A stretch of 63,947 bases of DNA, counting the filler, from Octopus bimaculoides (Eukaryota), in assembly GCF_001194135.2 (NCBI RefSeq). It is 11 parts of 11 records of this genome, joined end to end, with 100 filler letters (N's around TTAATTAATTAA, not from the genome) between each part and the next. Parts side by side here need not be neighbours in the genome. Positions count along the whole stretch, not along the records: positions 62,932 to 63,947 come from NC_068994.1; 10 more parts are not named here. One strand, 5' to 3'. Shown one piece after another: positions 62,940 to 63,947 of this stretch. Position 1 is the stretch's first letter; every line of letters starts with the position of its first letter. Below the pieces are notes generated by a model. The model saw only the letters and a program-made list of their open reading frames with translations, searched no databases and had not been told where the DNA came from. Both the position numbers and the translations under genes were made by a program.

Positions 62940-63780
62940 TTGATGCGACCACCGAAAATACAAATTAATGTTATATCCCTATCTCCCGAGCTGGGTTTTG
63001 AAACCGTATTCTGGCTGTTGAGGATAATGGTATTTCCTTTGTCTTGTGAACAAGTACAACTATTTTTAGCGTAGGAGTGATCGGTGACCCTTTCCGGTCA
63101 CCAAAAGTTCAGAAAAACAAGTGAGGAATTGTACTGGACTGACCCAGCTTTGGGAGGGGGTAAGGTAGCACTGTAAAGTTACGGTATTTGTGATAAACAA
63201 AGAATTGGCGCGAACGGTTGGTCAGAAGAGTGGGCATCAAGCAGTTGGGTACAGGAGTTGGCCGCAGCAGTTGGCATCAAGCAGTTGGCCAATCGAGTTG
63301 GCCAGAGGAATTGGCAGGAGGCAGTTAGCCTGAGAGTTGGATGAAGAACGTCAGCCAGTGAAAATGTCCAGCAGTTGATGTGAAGGCTAGCAGCCAACCA
63401 AGATGAACAGAGAGACTGACAGACAGAGGCTGAGAAAGAGAGAGCCTATGGTCAGAAAGGAACCAGTCAGCCGATAGGGACTGAAGTAATGAGAGAGAGG
63501 GACAGAGAGATGGGACTGTGTGGCAACCAAAAGATCGTAGTAGTCAGTTGGTCACAACTTCTTGGATTATAGTAGGAGTTTTAAAAGAAAGGAAATTGCT
63601 GCTACATTACAAATCAGGCTGATGAGGAATAGACAAATGGTAAGAATTTGTTAAATCCGAAACCTGGTTCCTGTTTAATAATGATTTTTTTAGGTGATTT
63701 TAAATGTCTTGCCCGCTCACGTTTTTGGTATGCTGCTATATTTCATGTTGAGAACTTTTTAGGTCTTAATAGACACAAAA
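62940..63780 (+). mobile_element. Non-coding LTR/pLTR-like element with internal (GCAGTTGG)-type repeats and a hammerhead near its 3' end
   Basis: Repeated AGTTGG motifs at 63235-63380, a purine-rich tract, then the hammerhead; no ORF. Boundaries uncertain. Confidence 0.45.
63615..63673 (+). ncRNA. Minimal type I hammerhead ribozyme with a canonical core
   Basis: CAGG-CUGAUGA-GGA(AUAG-ACAAAU-GGUAAGA-AUUUGU-UAAA)UCC-GAAA-C-CUG-GUU^CCUG; predicted cut after 63669. Confidence 0.8.
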
Positions 63781-63947
63781 TGTGATCTATTTCTAGCGCA
63801 TTAATTGTCCACGTTAGTGGTCGACGTTATTTTTAAAATGTACCTTAATCCCCTGAGATTGCAGATAATATTTCTGAATCTCTTTGATTCTTTAAATGTG
63901 CTGGCCCCCTGATAATTAATCGATATTAATTAATATATTAATATATG

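Overview
Eukaryotic, AT-rich, repeat-dominated genomic DNA from a gappy short-read assembly. There are no operons, rRNA or tRNA genes and no CRISPR array. The SINE, LINE and microsatellite make-up looks like an octopus (coleoid cephalopod) genome; that is inferred from repeat style, not from a database match. Most long ORFs in the supplied track are artefacts of N-gaps and microsatellites. Supported content: (1) a decayed Ty3/gypsy (Mag/K02A2.6-like) LTR retrotransposon on the minus strand at about 4.6-7.9 kb; (2) a 2.9-kb 5'-truncated R4/Dong-like RLE LINE plus about ten fragments of related families, most of them beside (AAT)n arrays; (3) two mariner transposase relics, several MITEs and an RTE-like zinc-finger tail; (4) many tRNA-derived SINEs from about four families; (5) a plausible signal-peptide exon, plus weaker exon candidates, of a minus-strand host gene. 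The most unusual signals are a set of minimal type I hammerhead-ribozyme motifs inside non-coding, Penelope-like inverted/direct-repeat modules (best at 63615-63673 and 59754-59813) and a 213-bp foldback element carrying telomeric repeats with a perfect 10-bp target-site duplication (55755-55967). Everything was read and folded by eye; repeat boundaries are approximate unless motifs are quoted.
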